Positions 35,215 through 46,152 of a DNA stretch of 64,000 nucleotides are shown piece after piece (within the stretch, counting starts at the first letter, position 1; the number at the start of each line of letters is the position of its first letter). The position numbers and the translations under genes are program-made. The notes beneath the pieces were generated by a model. The model had not been told where the DNA came from. It searched no databases and was given only the letters and a program-made list of their open reading frames with translations. The stretch is taken from the IMG/VR virus record IMGVR_UViG_3300017991_005548, positions 1-64,000 of that record. One strand, given 5' to 3'.

Positions 35215-35936
35215 CCTCTCTTTAATCTACCAGCAACCTGCTTTTGGTTTAGGTGCTTGAAACATCTGTTCTTTGTTTTATATTGCTCTCTTGAGAACAA
35301 AATACATTCATCTAGATAGAAGAAATCAGGCTCGAAGTTATCCCAATAAACATCCATACCCTGCCAACCACCTAAAGCCTCATCCATGTATCGTGCCATA
35401 ATTATTTCTTCAGACCATGGTCTACCTCTTTGCTCCCACATTTCACAAAGTCTTTCAGTAACAGCCTTATCTCTACAATAAACAAAGCTTGCGCAAGGAA
35501 CTTTTCTCTGCTCATCTTTTCGCCATGTAGCTTTCTTTCTGTGGTAAATACGTAAAATAGCCTGAAACGATCTTTTCTTGCCAAGAACTTCCCAAAAATC
35601 CTTTGGTAATGGTTTCGTTGGTAATGTATCCCAGTCAAGGAATACCATCTCATCGAAATCATTCATCCCTTGATCGAATGCTTCAAGTTTATGTCTGAAT
35701 TGCTCTTTTTCCATATCCCAGACAATTGGTTTCTTATCGACCAATCTGGAATCAATCCCTTCGTCCAAAAGATACTTATGATTGTCCTCTCCAAAAGTAT
35801 AACAAACATAAGGCTCGTTCCAGGGATTCATCTTAAGTAGTTTAATGTCATTATCAATTTTAGAACGTCTTTTATAGAGGCGACGACCCTGATGATCATG
35901 AATCCCCCATAGACTTCTTACAAAACCTCTCTTCAT
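35205..35936 (-). CDS. Putative GT-A glycosyltransferase, KRxFIRGLWG family copy 2
   Basis: RHKL, FLDWD. Confidence 0.6.
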   Translation of the reverse strand: MKRGFVRSLWGIHDHQGRRLYKRRSKIDNDIKLLKMNPWNEPYVCYTFGEDNHKYLLDEGIDSRLVDKKPIVWDMEKEQFRHKLEAFDQGMNDFDEMVFLDWDTLPTKPLPKDFWEVLGKKRSFQAILRIYHRKKATWRKDEQRKVPCASFVYCRDKAVTERLCEMWEQRGRPWSEEIIMARYMDEALGGWQGMDVYWDNFEPDFFYLDECILFSREQYKTKNRCFKHLNQKQVAGRLKRGWK

Positions 35937-35946
35937 TATTTATACC

Positions 35947-36693
35947 TCATAGTAAATGTAAAAAACATGATTTCTTTCCATCTAACATGGTTTGTGAATA
36001 GACGGATTTTCTTCTTAAATTGCAAACCTCTGGCTCAAACAAATTCCAGTAGACTTCTGAACCACACCAACCACCACAGAAATCATCAATGTATTTAGAC
36101 ATTGCAGGTTCATCATCAAAAATCAAACTTTTTTCTCGGAACCGAAGTTCCAATCCTCTTTTCTGTCTTTCCGCCTGCTTTTCGTCAACCCATTTATGAA
36201 GGCCATCCCATATATCTATCATCTTTTCTGGGATAGAATCATCTCTAAAATAGGCGAATCCTCCATTACAAACTTTTCTAAGATCTGTTTCTCTCCAAAG
36301 GCACTTTTTAGTCCTATATTGGAATAGGTTAGCCTGGAAGGACTCTTTTTTACCCAATTCGTCCCAAACATAGTCGAATTTATCAGTTGGCACACAATCC
36401 CAATCGAGAAAAGCAATCTCATCAAAATAATTGAATGCGATATGAAAAATCTCTAGTTTATGACGGTACATCTCCGTTTCAAGATCCCACATGGTTGGGA
36501 ATGTATTTACGCAGATGGAGTTAAAGCCATTATCTTCCAGCCATTTGTGGTTCTCATGCCCAAACGTAAATATCGTAAACCAATCTCGTTCTTTGGTTTC
36601 AAGAATTTCCTTTTGGATTTTACCGTTACGATGTTTCCAAACATCGCCCCACAAACCTCTTATGAATGCTCTCCTTACAGTGGACATTCCCAT
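35947..36693 (-). CDS. Putative GT-A glycosyltransferase, KRxFIRGLWG family copy 1
   Basis: RHKL, FLDWD, CNGGF, DDEP. Confidence 0.6.
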   Translation of the reverse strand: MGMSTVRRAFIRGLWGDVWKHRNGKIQKEILETKERDWFTIFTFGHENHKWLEDNGFNSICVNTFPTMWDLETEMYRHKLEIFHIAFNYFDEIAFLDWDCVPTDKFDYVWDELGKKESFQANLFQYRTKKCLWRETDLRKVCNGGFAYFRDDSIPEKMIDIWDGLHKWVDEKQAERQKRGLELRFREKSLIFDDEPAMSKYIDDFCGGWCGSEVYWNLFEPEVCNLRRKSVYSQTMLDGKKSCFLHLL

Positions 36694-37481
36694 CCAAGCT
36701 CCTCAGATAACTCTTTCAGTTCATCATTTTGAGTTAATTTGACGAAACGATTGTCGTCTTTGACAGTTTCCCATCTTTTGAGAACATTCATCGACTGGGC
36801 ATCCTTCTTTTTCTTCATTCCGTCAAAACTACTTCCCCATGATCTCCCATGACCTATCTTCATGACTGTATTCAATCGACTATCATCTTCTTTGAGGTCA
36901 AGAATTGTTTCCAACAACCTTCTGTACTGTGGATCTGAAAACCATTCATCATATTTAAGAACAACCTTATGTTCAAAATTCTGAGTCTTGTTCAGACATT
37001 CTTTGGCCATTTTTATCCACATTTTTGAGAAACTATTTGGATTTGACAAAAGTCTGTTCCTACCCCAGTTTAATACACTAGCATATTGGTTATATGGGTC
37101 TCGTATTACAAGGACATTATCTCTTCGTTTACTAAACTCATCCAGTCCATATTGTTGACAGAAATAATGTTTCTGCTCTCGAATCTCTGGGTTGAGTCCA
37201 ATATCGAATACTGTAAACTCCGTTCCGAGAATGATCGCACTTGGCTTGGAATTTCCAACCTCATCATAATGAGTCAGTTCCTTATATCCCAACTCATCTT
37301 TAGTAAAAGCCCAAAAAGGGATTTCAAAACCAACCATCTTGCCTTTCTTTCTGCCAAGCTGAGACATACAGTTCTTATAAACAACTGAATCAAAATGACC
37401 TATAAGCCAAGATGTGATTGCATGCTGTCCAGTTCTCTGTACTCCCACTACATGAATTTCTCTATCAGTTGCGTAATTCAT
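36675..37481 (-). CDS. Sulfotransferase-fold protein
   Basis: GVQRTGQHAI (5'-PSB-like), IRDPYNQYAS (3'-PB-like). Confidence 0.6.
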   Translation of the reverse strand: MNYATDREIHVVGVQRTGQHAITSWLIGHFDSVVYKNCMSQLGRKKGKMVGFEIPFWAFTKDELGYKELTHYDEVGNSKPSAIILGTEFTVFDIGLNPEIREQKHYFCQQYGLDEFSKRRDNVLVIRDPYNQYASVLNWGRNRLLSNPNSFSKMWIKMAKECLNKTQNFEHKVVLKYDEWFSDPQYRRLLETILDLKEDDSRLNTVMKIGHGRSWGSSFDGMKKKKDAQSMNVLKRWETVKDDNRFVKLTQNDELKELSEELGWECPL

Positions 37482-39328
37482 TTTACCTCACGAATTATGA
37501 ATATAAAATCTTCCTCTTTGGGTTCAATAACCTCGCACTTAGGGCATTCAAAATCATTCTTCTTGTTTATTTTTTCACAAGTATCTGACCCACCATGTTC
37601 AAAACATAACATGGGATGAGGTTCTTCCTCAGGCATATTGGCGTTTTGTTCGACAATTTCTTGATCGATCTCAAACCCACCCTCATGTTCTTCAACATAG
37701 TCTTCCATTTGATCATCAGACCCAAAACACTCTTTCTCCTGATTAGCCGCTTCAACTTGCTTGATCTTCTCAGCAAGCTCACTAATTGGCCTTCTGCTAT
37801 TGCCTTGAGTAAATCCATGATTTCTCTTAAAATTAGCGACTCCACCAAGATGAGGATCAAAACGGTTGCAGACAAAAAACATGTAAGTATCCTGACTTGG
37901 TACAGGCAATTTTCTCTCTCTTAAAAGTGAAACACAAAAACGAGTAAATTTCGCCTTATGCAACTGAATAAAAGAAATAGTTCTTTTTGTGTTGTGATAA
38001 AATCTTCTGCCTTTTACTTCTCCCTCATCCATCATGGGTTTAGCGTTTTTAAGCTTTCGCCTCCAATGCCCAGTGGCCCATTTGTCAAGCTTTTTGATGT
38101 GTTCTGGTCTGCTATATGACCACTTATGGCCACAATAAGCGTATTTCTTCATATCTTCGTTGAATAATGGTTTGTCATTGGTCGCATAACTATCTGCATC
38201 CAATTTCAACCAATAATCTGTTTTGACATGTTCTGCTGTTCCAAAAACAAACGCACTCAGCATTTCTTCTCTATGATCATCAGCTTCTGGGAAAGACCAT
38301 GGAATTAATTTCACATTAGGAAGTTTAAGAAACTCTAACCTTTCGTCATTCAGTTCCATCCCATTAACAAAAACCATAACAGGATATTTATCGATGTTTT
38401 TGTACTTTCTCCAGTTAGGAAATGTCAACCTAAGAAATTCTACATATTTCTCATCACAGGCAGTAACAATTGTTACATCATCAATAATCCCATCTCTGAC
38501 TTTCAAATATTTTCTAAGTCTTTTATCAGCATATTGAAGGTAATGGTTGATATTTGCTGTATTGTTTTCACACATCTCTTCGAATTCTTTCTTCCAATGA
38601 TCGCAATTTGGAAAATCCAAACAATGCTTCTTACCATGGAAGTGGACAACTCTCTTGTCCTCTACCTTTTCTCCAAACTTTACGCTAACATTGTATTTAA
38701 TTGGGGCGATGTGGACTTTCAAACCCCACTCGTCAGCAGAGGGATATAGAATCTGGAAGGCAACTTCATCTGGAATAAATATCCTGGCTTTAGATCCCTT
38801 GTGGGCCAGATTTACCCAATCAGTTACGAATTTCGTCCACTTCTTAGACTTTCTGAACGAAAGGATGCCAGTGTTCACTGCTGGATTTTCCTCAAGAGCT
38901 TTCTTCATATGTCTTTCTTCAGCGATGCCGTCAAATTTCTTAACTCTTTTTGCCATTGTTCGGCCATTTGACTTCCATCCACAAAAATGAGGTATTGAAA
39001 CATCTGCATCGTCAAGATAATCAAACATTTCATCAATACTACCTTTAAGAACCATATCAGAATCAAGCCAAAGTGTTCTGTCATAAGGAGGGTTAGCAAA
39101 CATATCTGTTTTTCTGACAAGAGTTTTTAGTTCATGCTTCTCGTCATTATGGATAATATCAACATTGTAATGCTTACAAACATCGTCAAATTCATGAGGG
39201 TAGGGATCTTCAAGATAAAACGTAATAGGGCCATCCCAGTGCCTTCTAATCGTTTCGAGAGCGACGATTGCTCGGACAATACATTGATCTCCCCTATTAA
39301 ACATAATAATTCCGCGTGTTTCTTCCAT
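37478..39328 (-). CDS. Two-domain GT-A glycosyltransferase (GT8-like + second DxD domain)
   Basis: LWLDSD, VNTG, DE, YN, VHFHGKK; second domain LKLDAD, QD. Confidence 0.75.
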   Translation of the reverse strand: MEETRGIIMFNRGDQCIVRAIVALETIRRHWDGPITFYLEDPYPHEFDDVCKHYNVDIIHNDEKHELKTLVRKTDMFANPPYDRTLWLDSDMVLKGSIDEMFDYLDDADVSIPHFCGWKSNGRTMAKRVKKFDGIAEERHMKKALEENPAVNTGILSFRKSKKWTKFVTDWVNLAHKGSKARIFIPDEVAFQILYPSADEWGLKVHIAPIKYNVSVKFGEKVEDKRVVHFHGKKHCLDFPNCDHWKKEFEEMCENNTANINHYLQYADKRLRKYLKVRDGIIDDVTIVTACDEKYVEFLRLTFPNWRKYKNIDKYPVMVFVNGMELNDERLEFLKLPNVKLIPWSFPEADDHREEMLSAFVFGTAEHVKTDYWLKLDADSYATNDKPLFNEDMKKYAYCGHKWSYSRPEHIKKLDKWATGHWRRKLKNAKPMMDEGEVKGRRFYHNTKRTISFIQLHKAKFTRFCVSLLRERKLPVPSQDTYMFFVCNRFDPHLGGVANFKRNHGFTQGNSRRPISELAEKIKQVEAANQEKECFGSDDQMEDYVEEHEGGFEIDQEIVEQNANMPEEEPHPMLCFEHGGSDTCEKINKKNDFECPKCEVIEPKEEDFIFIIREVK

Positions 39329-39385
39329 AAATGCAAATTCCTTGTGAGGGTTACTCGATTTTATTATACAGGGATAATTGTGGGA

Positions 39386-39640
39386 TTATATACTTCGGTG
39401 CTTATTATTTGCAATCCAAGTTATTCCTTGATAAATCCCAGGTTTATAGTAGTCAAATCGGTATTGTCTTTTGAGTTGGGCAAGTTCTTCATCTGTGAGA
39501 TCTTCGAAAGTTTTTCCTTCTGGCAAAAACTGCTCTTCGGATCTCTGGAAAACATCCATATCCTTAGACACGTCATCGTAAGTATCTACAGCGTCCCTGG
39601 GTTTAGAAATAGCTGGTTGAAAACGTTCCATTTCGAACAT
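39386..39640 (-). CDS. Hypothetical protein
   Basis: 84 aa, GGAGGT SD. Confidence 0.6.
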   Translation of the reverse strand: MFEMERFQPAISKPRDAVDTYDDVSKDMDVFQRSEEQFLPEGKTFEDLTDEELAQLKRQYRFDYYKPGIYQGITWIANNKHRSI

Positions 39641-39670
39641 AATAACACCTCCAAGTATTTATTCAATACT

Positions 39671-40612
39671 CTACTGGAGATACCCTAGTTCTTCCAAAAG
39701 TGCCATGGCCCTTTCATTCTTTGTGAATTCATCAATTCTATCTTGATGTTCTGACTTCTTCCATTTGCCAACTCTATTGGATGAGATCTTCTTTGCTTCC
39801 CCTGCCCAGGCATAATTAGTTTTTACATTAGTAGAATCCTGATAATCAACCAATTCTTTCTCATATGGGATACCTATATGAGAACATACCCTCTGCAATG
39901 TCTCTTCTGGCTTTATTACAAGATCTTCATATTTGACTATCATAGAGATATCTTTAAATTCAAGACCCTTTGTAACATCATTAACCCATCGATCTATATC
40001 TACCCAATATTGCCCAGGATGATATGGATGAACCGATGTAGTAACATCTCTTCCATCTCTTATCAAATGTATAAGCTTTACATCGCCCTTGAATATTTTA
40101 TGAATTTCATCAAAAACTAAGATATTTTTAGGTGTCTTTTCACACCAGATCTTCCCATCCATGTCATGTCCGTCAAGCTCTCTTATGATTCTAATAAGTC
40201 TTGTTGGATTTGGATAAAAGGCAAAAAGTTCTTCATCAATGGCATGAATCTTCTCATGAGCACCAAGTATACTAAGCAAAAGAGTAGTCCCTGATCTACC
40301 ACACCCTCCAACAATAACTGGAGAACCATATTTCTTGAGAGCCTCTACCTCTCGATACATCCAAGTGTTTATTGTACCAGATGAAACCATCTCTTTGAAC
40401 AACTTGACAAACAACTCTGGATTATTCTCAGCAGGCTTTTCGTAAGAAACTCTCCATGAATCTCCCCAAAGCCATTTCCCTCCACTCTCAAAATGAACGA
40501 ACTGCGAAGAAGCCCCTTCCTCTATCTTATATATTGACTCACCAGGATGAGTATAATATTTATACGGTTCTATTGTAAGTACTTTGTCTATAGAAGCTTT
40601 GGTTATTTTCAT
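39671..40612 (-). CDS. Sulfotransferase
   Basis: GCGRSGTTLL, EKTP, IRDGRDVTTS, KYEDLV. Confidence 0.85.
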   Translation of the reverse strand: MKITKASIDKVLTIEPYKYYTHPGESIYKIEEGASSQFVHFESGGKWLWGDSWRVSYEKPAENNPELFVKLFKEMVSSGTINTWMYREVEALKKYGSPVIVGGCGRSGTTLLLSILGAHEKIHAIDEELFAFYPNPTRLIRIIRELDGHDMDGKIWCEKTPKNILVFDEIHKIFKGDVKLIHLIRDGRDVTTSVHPYHPGQYWVDIDRWVNDVTKGLEFKDISMIVKYEDLVIKPEETLQRVCSHIGIPYEKELVDYQDSTNVKTNYAWAGEAKKISSNRVGKWKKSEHQDRIDEFTKNERAMALLEELGYLQ

Positions 40613-41310
40613 TGCATCCTCACGAAACTGTCACAGAAGCCCCTTAATCTTCTAAGATCTTCACAATCCATAGATCCCAGATGCCCCTTCTCATAATTTG
40701 CTTGCAACGATTTATCAAGAGTAAAGTGTTTTTCTACAACCTTAGCTCCGCGAACAACAGAAGCAATTGCCGCAGTTAATCCAAAAGTATGATCACTAAA
40801 ACCCATGTATCTTGAGTTTTTAAAATCGCAATTTGGAATATCTTCTAAACGTGCTGGATAATCTGAGATACATAAAAAATAATGGACGTTATCTCCATCA
40901 TATCGAAAATCATTCTGGTTAAAACCGTTAGATACATAGACTGGCTTGTTAGTTGCCATCACTTTATGACATAATGCCATGTCTTCAAAAGTTCGACTTG
41001 CTATCTTGTAACTGGAGAAGCTCAACTGTTCGCACCAATAGAATCTTTCCTCATCAAAAACGGAACAAAGAACCCCAAGGTCAATTGAATCGGCATATCT
41101 CTTGATTCTACTTAGCTCTGGTAATGTAATTTCAGCATACTTCTTTCTGTCATCACCAAATAGTCTTTGTGATGAATATAGTTGGAATTTCACCATATCT
41201 GCTCCAAATGTCTTGCATTGAAGCATCATACTAAATATCGCATCAATCGATCCGCCATGTTGAGGATGCAGTTCTGCTATGATCTCAATTCTTTCGTTTT
41301 TTGGTTCCAT
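40609..41310 (-). CDS. neuB: NeuB-family nonulosonate synthase (short, no C-terminal SAF domain)
   Basis: IIAE..QHGG, GADMVKFQ, YKIAS, CISDYP, GFSDHT, VEKHFTLD. Confidence 0.85.
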   Translation of the reverse strand: MEPKNERIEIIAELHPQHGGSIDAIFSMMLQCKTFGADMVKFQLYSSQRLFGDDRKKYAEITLPELSRIKRYADSIDLGVLCSVFDEERFYWCEQLSFSSYKIASRTFEDMALCHKVMATNKPVYVSNGFNQNDFRYDGDNVHYFLCISDYPARLEDIPNCDFKNSRYMGFSDHTFGLTAAIASVVRGAKVVEKHFTLDKSLQANYEKGHLGSMDCEDLRRLRGFCDSFVRMQ

Positions 41311-41911
41311 TGAGTCTTTCCTCCACTTCTTTTACATTGTCAATATCATGCACATCTATATAATTTGTAACATAGACACCACTTCTCGTACTAAGAGACT
41401 TTTGATAAACATACTCCCTTCTCATTATTCTAAAAGCGGCATTCATTATAAGATCCTCATTAACACTAAATATCTCACTTCGGTCGAACTTTATAAATTT
41501 CTCAAGTGCTCGATCTAAATCATCACTATTGATCTCTGGAGAATTCGCCTGTACTGAAATTACGATGTCTGGAATACCAACTGTATCATAATTAGGGCTA
41601 ACTATTGTACCTGCCTCTGGATTAACAAGAACATCCGTTGCATGTATAATTGCGTCCTGTTTAAATACATGATCTTCTGCCAACTCTTCTGGTCTAACAA
41701 TAACTCCAGCCCTATGGCCCAAGGCTATGCCCCAAATTTCCTTATCTTCAGTTGAAACATAAACCCTATCAATATATTCAGACTTTTGGCAGGCATTTAT
41801 TGCCCAAGCCAACATCGGAACACCACAAACTGGGTAAATGTTCTTTCTAGGCAATCTTTTAGACCCACCTCTTGCAGGTATTACGGCAACAACTTTTTTC
41901 CCATCAATCAT
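41285..41911 (-). CDS. neuA: CMP-nonulosonate (acylneuraminate) cytidylyltransferase
   Basis: IPARGGSKRLPRKN, VSTED, RPEELA, QANSP. Confidence 0.85.
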   Translation of the reverse strand: MIDGKKVVAVIPARGGSKRLPRKNIYPVCGVPMLAWAINACQKSEYIDRVYVSTEDKEIWGIALGHRAGVIVRPEELAEDHVFKQDAIIHATDVLVNPEAGTIVSPNYDTVGIPDIVISVQANSPEINSDDLDRALEKFIKFDRSEIFSVNEDLIMNAAFRIMRREYVYQKSLSTRSGVYVTNYIDVHDIDNVKEVEERLNGTKKRKN

Positions 41912-42528
41912 ACAATTGTCTCTTTGTACTCTTGGCTCTTCGTTTTGTTGCTCTTATGCATTCTATATCTATAGAAAGGGAACTTCAAATGATGGATTTT
42001 GTATTTCTCTCCGAGTCTCTTTCTCAATTCCTCTTCCTCTCTATGTCTCATAGCAGGATTGTAACCACCTAATTCAAGGAGCAAATCTCTACGATACATA
42101 ATCCCACAAGAAATTGGATCTGTTTCTGCGTACTTTCTTTCAATCTCATGCTCGAAATTATCAACATGATAATAATCGCAAGAAACGCAGAATGCATCAT
42201 GATTACTCATCAAATAAGTTCTCATGAAAAAGGCGAGATTCTTGTTAATGAAATCATCGGCATCAACTCGAACAGCAAATTGCCCTCTAGCGGCCCTTAA
42301 GCCAACGTTAGACGCTTCTGCGACTCCCAGGTTAGTTTCATTCCTAATGTAAATGATATCCTTAAGGAATGGCTTTACAACTTCGCTTGAGTTGTCTGTA
42401 CTGTTATCATCAACCAGAATGATCTCAGGCTCAATATTAGCTTGGTCAAGACAACTTCTTAGGCATCTTGCCAAGTACCTTCCATAGTTATAGTTAGTGA
42501 TGATTATTGAAACGTCACTTGTCTTCAT
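41908..42528 (-). CDS. GT2 glycosyltransferase
   Basis: VSIIITNYN, VDDNSTD, RVDADD; start revised to MKTSD after GGAGG. Confidence 0.9.
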   Translation of the reverse strand: MKTSDVSIIITNYNYGRYLARCLRSCLDQANIEPEIILVDDNSTDNSSEVVKPFLKDIIYIRNETNLGVAEASNVGLRAARGQFAVRVDADDFINKNLAFFMRTYLMSNHDAFCVSCDYYHVDNFEHEIERKYAETDPISCGIMYRRDLLLELGGYNPAMRHREEEELRKRLGEKYKIHHLKFPFYRYRMHKSNKTKSQEYKETIV

Positions 42529-43121
42529 GATATTACCTCCAATTGAACACCCTCCCAATCAATAACTGTACCAGATCCGAGAGCATTCCAATCCTTTTCT
42601 TCTCCAATATATTTTACAACTTTTAGGTCTTCAGATGACTTTATAAAATCGATAACCTTATCTCCTTTCTTCGTCACTAACCCATAATCATGTATTACGA
42701 TGATCGGATTCTGATTGATAGAAACCCCAATGGCATTCTGGATGTCCATTCTCAGGTTCTTCTCAGTGTGAATACAATCTATTAAAACGAAACCTATATT
42801 TTCTAGGTCCCATTCTTCATTATAAACATCTTTTTCGATAATTTTATAATTATCCAACCCAAGTGAAGAACATAATTTGTCAGCATTGCGAACCTGCTCT
42901 ACTGAATGATCAAAGCCATACACTTGTTTTCCCAATTGTTTCGCTACAGTTGCAAGAACAGCAGTTGTATTCCCAGATGAAGTACCCACTTCCAAAATAT
43001 CTCCTTCAAAAGGACACTCCAACAAAATATCAATAACATCTTTTTTGAACTTGAGGGTTGTCGTCGCCTTCACTTTATCTTTATGCTGGATCTTACTCAA
43101 TAACTCTTCAAAACTATCCAT
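42525..43121 (-). CDS. Class I SAM methyltransferase
   Basis: LEVGTSSG, LIDCIH, VIHDY. Confidence 0.75.
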   Translation of the reverse strand: MDSFEELLSKIQHKDKVKATTTLKFKKDVIDILLECPFEGDILEVGTSSGNTTAVLATVAKQLGKQVYGFDHSVEQVRNADKLCSSLGLDNYKIIEKDVYNEEWDLENIGFVLIDCIHTEKNLRMDIQNAIGVSINQNPIIVIHDYGLVTKKGDKVIDFIKSSEDLKVVKYIGEEKDWNALGSGTVIDWEGVQLEVIS

Positions 43122-43788
43122 TAATATAACCCTCCAATACAGAAAACCACTTGCTCCTATCCCCTTTCAGCCCACCTCTTCCTTGATGTAAGAAAAATGG
43201 ATCATCATTGATAAATGATTGTTCACAATAAACTTCAGGGAATACGTGCTTCTCTTCCATCTCTTTATTGTTCCTTGAGTTGGGCAATATTAAGAATTCC
43301 AGACCATTGTCTTCACAAAATTTCGTAAGATTACCGCCAGTATCTTGATGTTCATGAGAAAAAACCAAATTGTTGTCCGTTAGGAAACTCCGACGCATAA
43401 ACATGAACTGAGGTCTAGCAATACCCAGAGATTCTTCGTATCTTCCTGATACAAAAGCATATTTGTCTGCCAATTCTTTTAAATCCTTCACCCATTCTCT
43501 AACAAAAACCGTATCTGGATCAAGTATGCAAACGTATTCATTCTTGCAAAACTGAAAAGCTTGATTCACCCCATTCGAATGACTTTCTGAACCTAATGAA
43601 CCTTTGTAATTACCTGGTTCTATGTGTATACCAGATTGATCCTTGAAAATTGCATTTAATTCAGATAAATCATTCGAATTGTCAACAATTACGACATTGT
43701 AATCACACAAAACGAACCTTTTTATGCTATTGGTCAACAATTTTATAAACCTGACCGATTTGTAGTTTACTATAACGAAATCTATCAT
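43114..43788 (-). CDS. GT2-like glycosyltransferase
   Basis: VIVNY, VDNS, ILDPD, DTG. Confidence 0.8.
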   Translation of the reverse strand: MIDFVIVNYKSVRFIKLLTNSIKRFVLCDYNVVIVDNSNDLSELNAIFKDQSGIHIEPGNYKGSLGSESHSNGVNQAFQFCKNEYVCILDPDTVFVREWVKDLKELADKYAFVSGRYEESLGIARPQFMFMRRSFLTDNNLVFSHEHQDTGGNLTKFCEDNGLEFLILPNSRNNKEMEEKHVFPEVYCEQSFINDDPFFLHQGRGGLKGDRSKWFSVLEGYING

Positions 43789-44927
43789 GAAACATCCTTT
43801 ATAACACTATCTAATATTTTCTTTGCGACTCCACCTGGCTTAAACAGTTGTTTTTCCCTAACTTCATCAAATAGGTCTGAGAAATCTTTTGCCGTAACTC
43901 GATTAACAGCCTCTTCAAACTCTTCGAAGTTCACCTCATGATGTAAAAAGTCCTCAACAGAAGAACTCTTGGAACAAAGTGGACAATTATAAGGTTTGTC
44001 ATATATCAAACTCGATAACTCTTTTCTTTTCTTATCCCTGATCTGTTTTTTGCAGAATGGGCAAACAATCCTATCCCCCAAATTAGCACAAAAATCATGA
44101 TCATACAAAGGTCTAAAATTTCTCTCGTAAGGCTTGCAATTAACATTAACAATAGGTATACCCATCATAACGGCTTCTTTAATCGTTGAAGAACTGCTGT
44201 TAACCAACACATCACAAGCAGTCATTAACTCCATTGTCGGATGAGGAAACCACTTCTTATCTTCTATGTAGATATCCCCTCTCAGATCCTCTGTTGTCCT
44301 CTCTTTCGCTCTCGCTTTAACAACAACACAGTAATCCATCCTTCTTAGATAGTCAAAAACAACTCTGAAATCCACTATCCCGACATCTCTTAACCTGGGA
44401 ACAATAACGAGAGCTTTTTTCTGGTCTTTGGGCAAGCCATATTCGCGGATAACCTCATCTCTATCAATTTTAAGATCATATTTAGGCAATCCACAATAGA
44501 TATTCTTCTCAGACATAGTATTGTAGTACTTTGCAAAATATTCTCCTGGCATCACGATCTTATTGGCTCTGTTCTTATATAAATTGTGATATCCAGCATG
44601 TTTAAAATCACTCATATGGGTTAAAACTACGGTATATACATCTCCATTTAAGAAATTAAGCCCTCTATTCTCTGAAACGAATACAGGAGTCCTAACACCC
44701 AATAATGCTCGTCTAGCGTTTTTATTGATGATCTCAAATCCATAAATCTCACTCAATTGCCGTAAATTGTCAAGATTATCACATATGTTATTAAACCCTT
44801 TCTTACAGATTATATAAAAACGAGATTTTATCCCTAATTTATTGGCTTCTATTGCCATAGGGATAAAATATTTCAGCATATGAGTTTGTAGAACAACAAA
44901 GTTGATGAAATTCATCTTACTCCTCAA
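43785..44927 (-). CDS. Putative GT-B transferase (TagF/sialyltransferase-like) with Cys4 insertion
   Basis: GLPKYD, CDVLVNSSSSTIKEA; CPFC...CPLC; paralog of 46149..47135. Confidence 0.55.
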   Translation of the reverse strand: MRSKMNFINFVVLQTHMLKYFIPMAIEANKLGIKSRFYIICKKGFNNICDNLDNLRQLSEIYGFEIINKNARRALLGVRTPVFVSENRGLNFLNGDVYTVVLTHMSDFKHAGYHNLYKNRANKIVMPGEYFAKYYNTMSEKNIYCGLPKYDLKIDRDEVIREYGLPKDQKKALVIVPRLRDVGIVDFRVVFDYLRRMDYCVVVKARAKERTTEDLRGDIYIEDKKWFPHPTMELMTACDVLVNSSSSTIKEAVMMGIPIVNVNCKPYERNFRPLYDHDFCANLGDRIVCPFCKKQIRDKKRKELSSLIYDKPYNCPLCSKSSSVEDFLHHEVNFEEFEEAVNRVTAKDFSDLFDEVREKQLFKPGGVAKKILDSVIKDVS

Positions 44928-46152
44928 TGCCTGGAGATTTGTAATAAAATAACTGCATGTCTTTTCTCTGACATGTCAGCGGAGTCAGTTGAATGTTTTC
45001 GTCATATCTTCGATAATCTTCTGGCTCTATGCAATAATCAAACTTCCCAGTGTTGGTTTTGGCCCCCAACATATCTGATAACTCATAAATCAATACGTGC
45101 TTACAAACCCTTAATAGACCCTTCACTAACCGTGCCTTTTCCTCTCCTTTCGGAAGGTGCATAAGAAATCCCATACTAACGCCAAGATCAAAATAGTTGT
45201 CTTCATAATTCTCTAAGCAATATTTCCTCATGTCTCGACAGAAAAAATGGGCGTTTCTATCTGAAAAAAGTTCCCTAGCTTGATTTAACGCTTCTTCACT
45301 GATGTCGAACCCTACAGCTTCACAATCATATCTATCAACAGCATACAATAAATTTCTACCTACATTACACCCAACTTCAACGATATTATTTACATCAGCT
45401 TCATTGGAAATCTGATCAAAATAATCATACATAGATTTAGTTCGATCCTTTTTGACCTTAGAATTCAGATAGTTGCCCTTTATGGTCTCACCTTTGTATT
45501 TAACATACAAATTCTCTCCCCAATAATTCGCTTTTTTCTTTCTTAAAATATAATATTTGTAAGAGCCATCTACCTCATCAAAATACTCATAATTAGGATT
45601 GAATGATTTGAATGATTCATCCACTTTCTTAATATCAAAAAGACTACAATCAGCTTCATTAACCTCATGAGTTCCTTTATCAAATCCAATAACAATAATC
45701 CCATCTTCTTTTAGTATAGAAAACCACTTTTCTAAAGTAATATTTGGATTTGGGGCGTGATCTAAAGAATTCGAAAAAATGATATCCCACTTCTCGTTCC
45801 AATCTTTTGGAAAATTCGAGAAATCCATTACGAAATCTGCATTAGATTCTGGAGAAATATCAAGAGAACTCACAGAAACATTTTTGTCTTTTAGCCCCTC
45901 TCTCCAAACATCTCGTTCATGGTTGTTTCTCGTCCCAAGGCAGATCATCTCAGAACCGTCTTCAACCAAATCATATATTTTGTCACAGCATTCTAAGTAA
46001 TGATTTTTATCTCTCTTCTTGTAGGCTTTGGCCTTATGTCTTTTAACCTGAGCATCAACATACTCATCTTGACTTACTCCCTCGTCGTAAAACCTTTTCT
46101 TAACAAAGTTAAAATCAAAAGTATTTTTAAATGCTCTTTTCTTCTTTCTCAT
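44917..46152 (-). CDS. Tandem two-domain SAM methyltransferase
   Basis: CLGTR...DIIFSNSLDH and VEVGCNVG...LMH. Confidence 0.75.
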   Translation of the reverse strand: MRKKKRAFKNTFDFNFVKKRFYDEGVSQDEYVDAQVKRHKAKAYKKRDKNHYLECCDKIYDLVEDGSEMICLGTRNNHERDVWREGLKDKNVSVSSLDISPESNADFVMDFSNFPKDWNEKWDIIFSNSLDHAPNPNITLEKWFSILKEDGIIVIGFDKGTHEVNEADCSLFDIKKVDESFKSFNPNYEYFDEVDGSYKYYILRKKKANYWGENLYVKYKGETIKGNYLNSKVKKDRTKSMYDYFDQISNEADVNNIVEVGCNVGRNLLYAVDRYDCEAVGFDISEEALNQARELFSDRNAHFFCRDMRKYCLENYEDNYFDLGVSMGFLMHLPKGEEKARLVKGLLRVCKHVLIYELSDMLGAKTNTGKFDYCIEPEDYRRYDENIQLTPLTCQRKDMQLFYYKSPGIEE

